DNA from: Candidatus Altiarchaeota archaeon
Lineage (GTDB): Archaea > Altiarchaeota > Altiarchaeia > IMC4 > SCGC-AAA252-I15
Direction: 5' to 3'
Length of the DNA: 64,000 nt
Assembly: GCA_043804895.1 (NCBI GenBank)
Contig: JAZDIN010000004.1
Location: 72,887 to 136,886, forward strand
The notes beneath the pieces were generated by a model. It had not been told where the DNA came from and did no database searches. It was given only the letters and a program-made list of their open reading frames with translations. Of this stretch, positions 36,094-45,334 are shown piece by piece; the first letter of the stretch is position 1, and each line of letters opens with the position of its first letter. A program made the translations under genes and the position numbers.

Positions 36094-36273
36094 TTTGCGC
36101 TGTATCTCGTAGAATCATCGCCATGTAGTTCGAAATCCCTGTTTAGCTTGACTAGTATGTTATCCATCGGCCCTCCCAGCGCCCCAATGTCTAGCCCACT
36201 GGGGATTCGTTCTAGAACTCCTCTTTCCGCCATTTTCTCAGTTATTATCTGGCTTTTTTGTTATATTAATGGT

Positions 36274-36585
36274 ATGGTCAGGGGCAGGGAGCGGGATGAG
36301 CAGAGGACTATAGCCTTGGAGCGGATTAGGTTGCTCTTCGACCAGGCTGGGAAATTGGCCGGTTCTGACGTTGAGGCTGCCACAAGGAGGGTTGGGCAGG
36401 CTCATAGGATAGCGTTAAGGTGTAATGTGCGTATGCCGAGGGAGTTGAAGCTGAGGTTCTGCAGGAAGTGCCTCACCTACTTCAACTCTGTGAACTGCAG
36501 GCGTAGGCTGAACTCAAGGCAGCATAGGCTGGAGTTGAAGTGCCTCGGGTGCGGGCGCACAGCGTACATCCCGTACGGCAGGTAA
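36274..36585 (+). CDS. rnp4: RNase P protein component 4 (Rpp21/Rnp4)
   Basis: RIALERIRLLFDQA...RFCRKCLTYF......LKCLGCGR, the Rpp21 zinc ribbon. The 252-aa track ORF is trimmed to the ATG at 36274. Confidence 0.8.
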   Translation: MVRGRERDEQRTIALERIRLLFDQAGKLAGSDVEAATRRVGQAHRIALRCNVRMPRELKLRFCRKCLTYFNSVNCRRRLNSRQHRLELKCLGCGRTAYIPYGR

Positions 36586-39327
36586 TCACTTATTCTGCCT
36601 TGGCACCAGTATAACCTTCGGCCTCTTCCTTATGCCGAGTATTCCGGTAACTTGGTTTTTCACCTGTTCTGCCTTTTTGACGAGCGGAGGTTGCGGGTCG
36701 GCTGGAGCCTGCAGGATTTTTGTCTCGATTTTCTTCTTCCACGGCTTAACTAGAGGCCCGGCCTCAACCGCCCTCTTTTCCAGTTTAGGTAGTATGACAG
36801 TCCTTTGCTTCAGCCCGAAGCGCGTCACGTTCGTGAGCCTCTCAAGTTCCTTCGCGATCGCCTGCTGTAGTGTGAGTTGTTTCTTCGACTCCAGCGCCTT
36901 CCCGTCTTCGACTGGTTTAGGTTTCCTCCCAAAGAATTTTTCCTTCAGTCCGGTGACGTTGAGTACGATCTTTTTCTTAGGTTCGGTGGACGGCCTTCGA
37001 AGGAGCAGGTAGGCGACGGCTGCTAAGCTCAATGCTATTGCGATGTTCTGGCTGGTGAGCCAGGATGATGAAGTGGAGAACGTTTTCTTGCCGTCCTCGG
37101 CCTGCATGTATAGTCGCTGCGCCTTCCTGTATCCGGTCGCGTCGCCTGAGGTGTTGAATGCTGACATGGACTTGCCGGAGTATTCTAAGGCTTCGTCGAA
37201 GCTCATGTTGTCGTACGACTGCTGCGCCCTCACGTAGAGTATGTCCGCTTCCACCAAGCTTTTGGTGCTGTCGTACATGGTTATGGCTTTTTCAGCGTTT
37301 TCTCCGCCTGTCTTCTGGTAGAGTGGTATGGCCTGCTTCAACTGGTCTGATGCCTTGATGTAGTCTCCTTCGTTGTAATATTCCAATGCCTTCTGATAGT
37401 ATGTGTCTGCCTTAATCTTGGTGAGCATCCTCTCGGTCTTCTCCAATCCGGCGTTGTTGCCTGCGAGCTCGTACGACTGTCTGGCGAAGCCGAATATCAT
37501 CAAGGCGTTATCTGGTTTCCCCTCACCGATAGCCTTCAGGCCGTCGGCATAGTATTTGTCTGCCTTCTCGGTTAGGCTGAACATGTCAGACGCGTTCCTA
37601 AGTTTGATGAGACTTTGGGTGTCGTTCACTCCACGGTAGAATCTCGCCGCAGCAGCAAGGTATGTTGACGCGTTCTCTGTGAGCCCGATGGAGTAGTAGT
37701 ATTGGGCTTCAAGGAGGTATTTTTCAGCCTCTATCTTCTGGTAGAGGAGCTGGCTTTTCCTGATGCCTGCCGTATCGTTGACGTCCCCGTAAATCCTAGA
37801 GGCCTCATCAAGCCTGCGGCCGGCTTCGGTCAGGTTGGCGTCGATGTAGAGGCCTTCAGCCCGGTTGAACACGAGGTCAGCGTCGAGGGAGCGCAGGAGG
37901 TTGTCGCATTTGACTATGCCATCAGGGTAGGATATCTTCGAGTATACGGACCTTGCAGCCGCAATGTTCTCCTTCGCCGACTCCATGTCGCCCACGTCCC
38001 TGTTCCTGAGCGCAGCCCGGTATGAGACGTCGCCGAAGGCTATCCTCACGCGCCGCATGTCGCCGAACATGTAGAGGCGGCCGTCGTCTGAGCCGACTGC
38101 GAACTCCAGCGCCCCGTCGTTTGTGAGGTCCGCTACCGCAGGCGACGACTTCACTTTCCCGCCGGTCCTGTAACTGAACTTCCTCGTGCCAGGATAGTTT
38201 ATGACGTACACCACCCCATCGTCTGAGCCGAAGATGACGTCGGTCACGTTGTCGCGGTTCAGGTCAGCGAGCGCTGGTGAGGATTCTATCGGCTCGGTGA
38301 GCGTGTACCGTTTGACTAACGTGAGGTTCGTGTGCATGAAGTAGAGGGTGCCGTCCGCTGACCCGAATATCACGTACGCGACTCCGCTGTCGTCCAGGCT
38401 GGAGAGAGCCGCGGAGGATGTTACGGCCCCCCAGGAGGTGTAGTTGACTGCTGACATGCCTGTCGTCCCAATCGACTCCGTCGTCCACCCTGCCGCAGTC
38501 CTGACGCGACGCGTCTCGGTCGCATCGGTAGCTTCTATGGTCAGCCGGTATATCTTCCTGTCCTCTGAGCCTACGTAGACGTATCCGGTGTTGGCTATCG
38601 CTGGCGTTGCTGATATGTCGCCGTCGACAGCATAGGACCAGGACTTGTATGGGGGGTGTTTTAGGATGTACACCATGTTGTCGTTGGAGCCTATGATGAC
38701 GTCAGCCCCACCGGTGTGGTCAACGTCAAAGAGCGCGGGAGAGGACGCTATGCTGTCGAGGGTCTGGTACTCCCACACCCTGATGCCCGGGTGGTTGAGG
38801 CAGTAGACTGCACCGTCGTATGAGCCGAACACGACCTCCTTGGCTGGTGTGCCTCCCAAGTCCATGACAGCCGGCGAACCCCGAACAACACCATGGGTGG
38901 TGTAGTTCCACATTAGCCTGCCATTGTTGTCGAGGACGTATAGGTTGCCGTCGTCTGAGCCGAACACGACGTCCGTCTTACCGTCGCCGTCAACGTCAGC
39001 GAGAGTAGGGGACGAGCGGACAGGCGCGCCTGTTGCGAACTTCCACAAGAGCCTGCCAGAGTAGTCAAGCGCATATAGGCGGCCGTTGTCTGAGCCGAAC
39101 ACGACCTCGAGGATTGTGTCGTTGTTTATGTCTGCTATCGCAGGGGAGGACCTTACCGGCTTCCCAGTCGAGTAGTTCCACAGGAGTTGTATGTCGTTGA
39201 GGCTGTACTTCGAATACGCCGTCGAAACTCCATTCCTTTGGTAGTTGCCACGGAACGTGGGCCAGTCATGGGATGACACGGACTGAGCCAGGGCGAAGAG
39301 CGCCAAAACCAGGAGAATCTTCCTCAT
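36586..39327 (-). CDS. large type I membrane protein: signal peptide, 8-blade PQQ/FG-GAP-like beta-propeller, helical (TPR-like) repeats, TM helix and a Lys/Pro-rich cytoplasmic tail
   Basis: Signal peptide MRKILLVLALFALAQSVSS. Eight repeats of the (F/V/I)GSxDxxxY type (FGSDNGRLYALD, FGSDDGNLYVLD, FGSYDGAVYCLN, IGSNDNMVYIL, VGSEDRKIYRL, FGSADGTLYFM, FGSDDGVVYVIN, VGSDDGRLYMF), preceded by ADxDxDG-like loops. TM helix IAIALSLAAVAYLLL. Confidence 0.8.
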   Translation of the reverse strand: MRKILLVLALFALAQSVSSHDWPTFRGNYQRNGVSTAYSKYSLNDIQLLWNYSTGKPVRSSPAIADINNDTILEVVFGSDNGRLYALDYSGRLLWKFATGAPVRSSPTLADVDGDGKTDVVFGSDDGNLYVLDNNGRLMWNYTTHGVVRGSPAVMDLGGTPAKEVVFGSYDGAVYCLNHPGIRVWEYQTLDSIASSPALFDVDHTGGADVIIGSNDNMVYILKHPPYKSWSYAVDGDISATPAIANTGYVYVGSEDRKIYRLTIEATDATETRRVRTAAGWTTESIGTTGMSAVNYTSWGAVTSSAALSSLDDSGVAYVIFGSADGTLYFMHTNLTLVKRYTLTEPIESSPALADLNRDNVTDVIFGSDDGVVYVINYPGTRKFSYRTGGKVKSSPAVADLTNDGALEFAVGSDDGRLYMFGDMRRVRIAFGDVSYRAALRNRDVGDMESAKENIAAARSVYSKISYPDGIVKCDNLLRSLDADLVFNRAEGLYIDANLTEAGRRLDEASRIYGDVNDTAGIRKSQLLYQKIEAEKYLLEAQYYYSIGLTENASTYLAAAARFYRGVNDTQSLIKLRNASDMFSLTEKADKYYADGLKAIGEGKPDNALMIFGFARQSYELAGNNAGLEKTERMLTKIKADTYYQKALEYYNEGDYIKASDQLKQAIPLYQKTGGENAEKAITMYDSTKSLVEADILYVRAQQSYDNMSFDEALEYSGKSMSAFNTSGDATGYRKAQRLYMQAEDGKKTFSTSSSWLTSQNIAIALSLAAVAYLLLRRPSTEPKKKIVLNVTGLKEKFFGRKPKPVEDGKALESKKQLTLQQAIAKELERLTNVTRFGLKQRTVILPKLEKRAVEAGPLVKPWKKKIETKILQAPADPQPPLVKKAEQVKNQVTGILGIRKRPKVILVPRQNK

Positions 39328-39367
39328 CCTTAATTAATGGTGTTTAAAGAACATATTTATACGAGAA

Positions 39368-40072
39368 ATGGGTAAACTTGCCGGGAGAGGACAAAGCGGG
39401 GTGGAATTGATAGTCGGACTCGTCTTCATAGTGATGATATTCCTAGTCATCGTCCTCCTGTCCATGGAGAAGACTTCGGAGAGCGCGGACATAAAGACCT
39501 ACCTTGACGTGAAGAGGCTCGGAGGAAGCGTAAAGGACAACATAAACATGATAAGCCAGCAGGGGCCAGGATACTACAGCTACTTTTCAATACCGGAACA
39601 GTTGCAGGGCGGGTACGAGTATGACCTGTTCATGAGGGGCAACGTCATGGAACTCATGTGGGGGAACAACACGTGGTCCGCGAAGCTCTTGGCATCAAAC
39701 GCGACGGTGCACTGCCTAAGTAAGGGATTGAACAGGAAGAACAGGATATTCTACAGTGAGGACGGCATAGAAATAACATGCCACCTCCCCAACCTGAAGA
39801 TTCCAAAAAATAGGGTGATCGTGAACAAAGATGGCAACTACACTAAGGCCTACATTGTAAACGATGCGCATGTGGATTCGCCGGGATTCACAGCAACGTT
39901 CCGCACGAGAGACAATGAGACGAACGTTTCCATGAGCGGCCTGCCAGCCGGAGAATCGGTGATGCTCCAATTCAACTCCACTCTCGCTGATTATGTGACA
40001 GTGTACGCGGACTCCGGCTATGAGGTGAACGAGAGCATAGAGGACGACAACAACTACACGGCAATAATATGA
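39368..40072 (+). CDS. prepilin-like protein (class III signal peptide), 234 aa
   Basis: N-terminus MGKLAGRGQSGVELIVGLVFIVMIFLVIVLL: a basic residue, then G|Q, Glu at +5 and a hydrophobic helix. Several N-x-S/T sequons. Confidence 0.65.
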   Translation: MGKLAGRGQSGVELIVGLVFIVMIFLVIVLLSMEKTSESADIKTYLDVKRLGGSVKDNINMISQQGPGYYSYFSIPEQLQGGYEYDLFMRGNVMELMWGNNTWSAKLLASNATVHCLSKGLNRKNRIFYSEDGIEITCHLPNLKIPKNRVIVNKDGNYTKAYIVNDAHVDSPGFTATFRTRDNETNVSMSGLPAGESVMLQFNSTLADYVTVYADSGYEVNESIEDDNNYTAII

Positions 40073-40614
40073 AAAAAACTGGGGAACCACGGGGGCAGAT
40101 GTTCAGCGGCGAACTACTGATAGCCCTGGTGGTCGCACTAGCAGCAATAATACTGATACTGGGGCTTTGGAGCTCATCAACCAGGGAGGTCCTTGAAACA
40201 GAAGGCTTCAAGGACATGGAGGAGGCGGGCGTGGACGCGGCTGAGGAGCTTGTGAGGACACCCGGGATACCATCAGACTGGGGCGTCGAAAACGTCACAT
40301 CACTCGGCCTAGCCAACGAAAGCAGAATACTGATGCCGCATAAGATCAGAAGTTTCATCGAATACATGAGCAACGACGTCTCCACCTTGTGCAGCGGAGG
40401 CATGAACTACGAATGCAACCTCCACATGCTCGGGATGGGAGGCTACCAATTCTGGTTCAACCTCACATACATGAACGGCTCCACCGTCAACGCAGAGGGC
40501 ACACCAGCCTGGACCGGCGTGCGCCCAGGAAGCGGAAACAACACCATAACAATAGTACGTACAGCGATACTTGAAGGTAAGGTAACAAAGATGTACCTCA
40601 CGGTGTGGAGATGA
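40069..40614 (+). CDS. prepilin-like protein, 181 aa
   Basis: MKKTGEPRGQMFSGELLIALVVALAAIILILGLW. ATGA overlap with the upstream gene. Confidence 0.65.
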   Translation: MKKTGEPRGQMFSGELLIALVVALAAIILILGLWSSSTREVLETEGFKDMEEAGVDAAEELVRTPGIPSDWGVENVTSLGLANESRILMPHKIRSFIEYMSNDVSTLCSGGMNYECNLHMLGMGGYQFWFNLTYMNGSTVNAEGTPAWTGVRPGSGNNTITIVRTAILEGKVTKMYLTVWR

Positions 40615-42545
40615 GAAGAGGATACGCAATGCTGTTGGACGCTGCAGTAGCCTTGACGTTCACCCTCATAATACTCTACTCGCTCATTGGGATGCAATAC
40701 ACCGGCTCATCAGGCTCGGACGCGTCCATGAGGAGGCTCCACTACGTCTCCGAAGACGTCCTGGACGTGATGAACAAACAGGGAATCCTGGACCAGGTGG
40801 GTGAGGAATGGGCCGCTGCGGACGGCAACAAGAGCAGCCCCCACTACATCAACGCCACAATATTAGCCAATGAAAGCATACGGCCCCTACTGCCCCAAAA
40901 CATCGGATACATGCTCACCATAGACGACGACCCAGTCGTAAACGACAGCGAAACCCCCCAAGACATATCAGACTCCCTAACCCATTCCACCCGACTCCTA
41001 GTCGGCTACGGAAAAGGCCTCCCAACCCGCGGGAACGTGGCTAGGGCATTCCTGACAAGCATTAAGGGAAAACAGGCCTCAGCTTACACTTTCTTCGGCG
41101 GGAGGGTGGGATTAGGGAACATTACAGTCGACGTCAAAGACGTCCCCCAAGACAACACGAACATACTAAAATACTGCCTCGAATTGAACACCAACTCCAG
41201 CTTTAATTTAAAAATTGACGGCCAAGCCGCCGGCACGTATAACATAATCGCTTCCCCGCAGATGAAACCAAACGTGGTCGAAGGTGAGAACGACGCAGAT
41301 CAGATACAATGCTGCGTGAATTCGACGTCATACCCTCTTTCAGACCAAGGCAGTGACGGCATCTTAAGGTTCGAGATAACGTTCACTAACCCTGACATCA
41401 AAGACCATTACGTCAACGGCGGCTACGCCCACGTCAGGTACAACACCTCGGAGATGGACACCAAGCCGATATCAAAGTACATGGAAAAGAACCTGCCTGG
41501 AATAAAGGGTGGGGTGATTGACCTGAGGGACTCATTCTACGTCCCAGGGGCGATAAAGGATATGAACGTGCACCTGCACTTCAAAAGCAAGCCGCAAGTC
41601 TACTTCAACATTGCGAACGTCACTGTATACAATTCAACCGACGGGGACTCAAGCGAGCAGGTGGTCGACATACCTAATCCAGTGGGATTGTACTATGAAC
41701 CGGTTGAGGATGCATCCTCCCTAAGCGGCAAGACCGTGCCGATAATGATGGGAACATACAACTACACCGAACTGGCTGAAGCAGGCTACACAGAGGCTGA
41801 ATTATACCCGGACTCATACATCGAGTTCACGTATGACACAGCCAACAAATCCTACTATGGTATGGTCTCCCTAACCGAGGCGACCGGAAGGTTCGACAAC
41901 CCTATGGACCCATGCGAAGGCAATATCAGCACCCCCCCGGGCGTCACATTATCAGACGTCGAAGTCCTCTCATATTCAGGCCCACACTGGACTGATTACG
42001 TGGACCTAGGTGGAGTGGCAGTCTACAATCTGCCAGGAAGCTGGTCGAGCGAGAACTATTCCATGTTAGGCAACCCATCAGCAGTAAACATCCCGCCAGA
42101 GTACGTCACCCCAGGCGGGACCAACATAGTTAAAGTCCGTACTGGAAACACGACAAAGGCCTCGCAAGGCTGCACCACATACAACAAGGGAGTGTACACC
42201 ATGAGGGTTAAGACGCTCGTCGGATACGGAGACGTCTACCAGAAGATGGAGGGCTGCAAATGGGACATTGAGTTCGAGGACGGCTCGCCGCTGACTGGGG
42301 AGAGGATACCAGCCTCCTACGCAGGAAACGACACCTGCAACTACACGAGCTACAGCATAGCGTACGCGAAGGACGATGCCATGAAGGACGCGGTATACAG
42401 GCTATTTTATGAGCTTGACTTCGACAAGGACGGGGAAGTGGATTTATTATTCGACCAAACCATGATAGATTTTGAGATTGGACAGGCCGGAGGAGTCCAG
42501 TCACTATGGGGCCCGGCAAGGTTCAAACTGGTGGTTTGGATATGA
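40611..42545 (+). CDS. large prepilin-like protein, 644 aa
   Basis: MRRGYAMLLDAAVALTFTLIILYSLIG. The start is set at the ATG forming an ATGA overlap (the track used GTG at 40605). The remainder is Asn/Thr-rich and extracellular-like. Confidence 0.6.
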   Translation: MRRGYAMLLDAAVALTFTLIILYSLIGMQYTGSSGSDASMRRLHYVSEDVLDVMNKQGILDQVGEEWAAADGNKSSPHYINATILANESIRPLLPQNIGYMLTIDDDPVVNDSETPQDISDSLTHSTRLLVGYGKGLPTRGNVARAFLTSIKGKQASAYTFFGGRVGLGNITVDVKDVPQDNTNILKYCLELNTNSSFNLKIDGQAAGTYNIIASPQMKPNVVEGENDADQIQCCVNSTSYPLSDQGSDGILRFEITFTNPDIKDHYVNGGYAHVRYNTSEMDTKPISKYMEKNLPGIKGGVIDLRDSFYVPGAIKDMNVHLHFKSKPQVYFNIANVTVYNSTDGDSSEQVVDIPNPVGLYYEPVEDASSLSGKTVPIMMGTYNYTELAEAGYTEAELYPDSYIEFTYDTANKSYYGMVSLTEATGRFDNPMDPCEGNISTPPGVTLSDVEVLSYSGPHWTDYVDLGGVAVYNLPGSWSSENYSMLGNPSAVNIPPEYVTPGGTNIVKVRTGNTTKASQGCTTYNKGVYTMRVKTLVGYGDVYQKMEGCKWDIEFEDGSPLTGERIPASYAGNDTCNYTSYSIAYAKDDAMKDAVYRLFYELDFDKDGEVDLLFDQTMIDFEIGQAGGVQSLWGPARFKLVVWI

Positions 42546-45103
42546 AAGTCAAGGGATTGTTCTTCACGGTTGGCGCCTTAATCCTCATAATACCCCTCAT
42601 ATTCTTCGTAGCATACTACTCCACCATGGCGCCGACGAAGACGGCGGACACGGTGTCTAAGATACGCTGCGACGAGCTGCATTACTTCGTCGAAGACGTC
42701 CGCGGAGACCTTGAGCGCGCCCTTGTGATATTCGGCCGCAGGGCCACAATTTACGCGATAGACGATGTTGTTAAAAGCGGCAAGCCACTCAACGACTACG
42801 TGTTCAACTGCTCCACAAGCTGCAACCTGGACTGCAGCGAATTCAAGTTCGAGGTGAACGGCAGCGAGTCAGCCCTCGCTGAACTCATGCTCTGCGGCAC
42901 GTTACACGGCCAAAACGTCACATACATGACCAACCACACAGTGTCGCAGTGGATTAACCGGATACAACAGCATGCCAAGGACATGCACTTCAATGTCACC
43001 ATAACGATGAGACAGTTGAAGATCACGCCAAAGGACCCCTGGACCTACCAAATCTACACCAACAGCACATTCAACGTCTTCGACGAATCAGGCACATGCT
43101 ACTACGTCGGCGACAACATCATAACATCCTCCCCCTCATCAATACTCGGACTGGAGGACCCCCTATACCCACTCAACACCAACTCAGAAGTAATAAAATT
43201 CATAAACAACTGCACCACCAAAATAAACCTCCAGATGCTGGCAGGTTGCAGTAAATCTGATTTAGGCAACGGCACCGGGACCGGGAGAGTCATATTCTAC
43301 TCGCACAGGCAACCGCATCCTGGTTGGGATGATTTTTGCTCCACGACACCAAATGCAGATAAGTACATACTCGTAATAGACCAGGCGATAGGGGGCGGTT
43401 CGTTGTGCACACACATAGAGAACTCTTGTTTTAACGCATCAAGCCCTAGTCATCTTGCAGGTTTGATAAACGAAGGCCCAGATAACATAAATTCGTTGCT
43501 ACACAATTGTGAGGTCACGATACCATGGATAACCGACACAGGAGTCATCGACGATGACCCTGAAGGCCACCCCGGCTGGGACCCAGACCCAAACTGCTTC
43601 CAAGCGAACATATCAAACGACTCCTGCGTGGAAATCCATAACGACGAGAACTGCGGACTATACCAGGTTCTTGTCGGCCAGGATGCGGAGTCGTTGAACA
43701 CCACATGCTATCAGCTGAGCAACGTATCGGAATACGTTTTCGGGGGAGTGAATGGCCCGAGCTTCTTCGACAGGCTTGACGGGAACCTGAACCTAACCAA
43801 CAAGTACGCAAACCAGAGTTTCGAGTACTTCGGGACAAGGCTCATCGGCATTGAGACCCTTGTGAGTCCATACGACCTGAACAGGCATGGCGTCCGGGTG
43901 AACACGAACGCCACATGGGTGGACTACCTGTACTGGGCTGGAGTGGACGGCTGCGGAGCGAGGGGCTTCTGCGAAGGCGGAAGATACGCCTTCCGTTTGG
44001 AGGAAGAGCATGTGCCAGTATACAAGGTCGAAACCGAATGCGCGATTATCCCGGGCTGCCCCAACTCAGCGGAGACATGCGTCGATTTCATCGACCAGGA
44101 CAACGACACCCAAGAGGACTGGAGGGACTACGACTGCAATCCCTCCTTTGCAAGATGTGGTGAGATACAACTATGCGGCATCACGGGGCCTGAGGAGTGC
44201 GAAAGCTGCGACGACACGACTCCGGAGCAGATGTCAGAGAACACGACAAGGACTTGCAACTATTACGGCTACAACGACACCGAATGGCATTTCTATAGAA
44301 TAACTCCCACTTCAGACGGTAGGCTGAGTGTGTTCTTAAACAGCACAAGCAACGTCACTGATGCGCAGAAGACGGACTTCAGCGTATACAACTACTCAGT
44401 CCCCGGCGTAGGTTGCACAAGCCAGGTGGAGAGGTTCCAGGACATTGAAGGAGCTGATACGGACACGGTCTGCGTGCTAGCCTACTCCGAGTATATCCTA
44501 GGCCTTGATGTCGACGTCCCATCATACGGTTACAACGGCTCATATGTGATGAACGTCACAGTAACCCCCGACCCAACGTGCGCCTCAGGCACCACATCCA
44601 CGACTACGACGTCCACGACAGGCTCGACGACAACGACCACGATATGCGGATTCTACGACGACATGGAGTCTGATAAGGAATGGAACAACGAAAACGAGTG
44701 GATAAGGGGTGTCCCAAGCAAACCAGGCTGGAGCAGCTGCTTTGCAGGAAGCTGCTTTGTGACTGACCTGTACGGACCGTACGACAACAATGCAAACGAA
44801 TCCCTGACCAGCCCGTGGATAAACCTGGCGCCGGCTGCTGGGGGTGCGGCGACCCTCAGATACCACCTGACATACAAGACTGAAGATAAGAGAGATTACG
44901 TCCACGTCGAATCCTCCGACGACGGAGTAAGCTGGATGGAGATTGTGAACTACACAAAGAACAACGGAAACGGTGACGTATACTCGCATAACATGAACAG
45001 CTACGCCGGAGGGCTGCTTAAGGTAAGGTTCAGGCTCACATCAGACTCAAGCGGAGACGACCGCGGAGCGATGGTGGATAACGTGAACGTAACCTGTTAC
45101 TGA
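42542..45103 (+). CDS. giant prepilin-like putative adhesin, 853 aa
   Basis: MKVKGLFFTVGALILIIPLIFFVAYY. It has a Cys-rich middle and a PPC-like segment (WHFYRITPTSDGRLSVFL...DFSVYNY). A Thr linker (TSTTTTSTTGSTTTTT) precedes a C-terminal jelly-roll/MAM-like segment (FYDDMESDKEW...SPWINL...LRYHLTYKTEDKRDYVHVESSDDGVSW...LKVRFRLTSD). Domain names are by resemblance only. Confidence 0.6.
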   Translation: MKVKGLFFTVGALILIIPLIFFVAYYSTMAPTKTADTVSKIRCDELHYFVEDVRGDLERALVIFGRRATIYAIDDVVKSGKPLNDYVFNCSTSCNLDCSEFKFEVNGSESALAELMLCGTLHGQNVTYMTNHTVSQWINRIQQHAKDMHFNVTITMRQLKITPKDPWTYQIYTNSTFNVFDESGTCYYVGDNIITSSPSSILGLEDPLYPLNTNSEVIKFINNCTTKINLQMLAGCSKSDLGNGTGTGRVIFYSHRQPHPGWDDFCSTTPNADKYILVIDQAIGGGSLCTHIENSCFNASSPSHLAGLINEGPDNINSLLHNCEVTIPWITDTGVIDDDPEGHPGWDPDPNCFQANISNDSCVEIHNDENCGLYQVLVGQDAESLNTTCYQLSNVSEYVFGGVNGPSFFDRLDGNLNLTNKYANQSFEYFGTRLIGIETLVSPYDLNRHGVRVNTNATWVDYLYWAGVDGCGARGFCEGGRYAFRLEEEHVPVYKVETECAIIPGCPNSAETCVDFIDQDNDTQEDWRDYDCNPSFARCGEIQLCGITGPEECESCDDTTPEQMSENTTRTCNYYGYNDTEWHFYRITPTSDGRLSVFLNSTSNVTDAQKTDFSVYNYSVPGVGCTSQVERFQDIEGADTDTVCVLAYSEYILGLDVDVPSYGYNGSYVMNVTVTPDPTCASGTTSTTTTSTTGSTTTTTICGFYDDMESDKEWNNENEWIRGVPSKPGWSSCFAGSCFVTDLYGPYDNNANESLTSPWINLAPAAGGAATLRYHLTYKTEDKRDYVHVESSDDGVSWMEIVNYTKNNGNGDVYSHNMNSYAGGLLKVRFRLTSDSSGDDRGAMVDNVNVTCY

Positions 45104-45177
45104 CCAGCGGGAAACCAATGCCAAGAGCCGTTCGTGAGCGTTTTAACCCGGTGAGTTAAATATATTCTCTGAATGAA

Positions 45178-45334
45178 CCGCAGCCTTTAGGCTGCGGTAC
45201 AACGGACACTAGGTGTCCGTGTACACGAACTCCAAAAGGAGTTCGTTGTATTCCAAATACGCTTAAAATGCCAAACAGCCAAACAAACACAGGAGGTGTA
45301 AGCGAGTAGGCTGTAGTGCCATCGCGTATTTGTA
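45178..45334 (+). repeat. three-hairpin module plus conserved leader upstream of 45335
   Basis: CCGCAGCCTTTAGGCTGCGG, CGGACACTAGGTGTCCG and GAACTCCAAAAGGAGTTC, followed by ...AAAATGCCAAA...AGGAGGTGTAAGCGAGTA...CGCGTATTTGTAATGA. Paralogous to 50194-50347. Confidence 0.75.

Noticed and set aside
35767-36233. Possible frameshifted gene joining a 57-aa ORF (36233-36060, MAERGVLERIPSGLDIGALGG...) to the 108-aa ORF
   Set aside because: The N-terminal piece only vaguely recalls the RecA/KaiC N-terminal motif. There is no Walker A, no homopolymer at the junction, and no family I can name. The evidence is insufficient to call a pseudogene.
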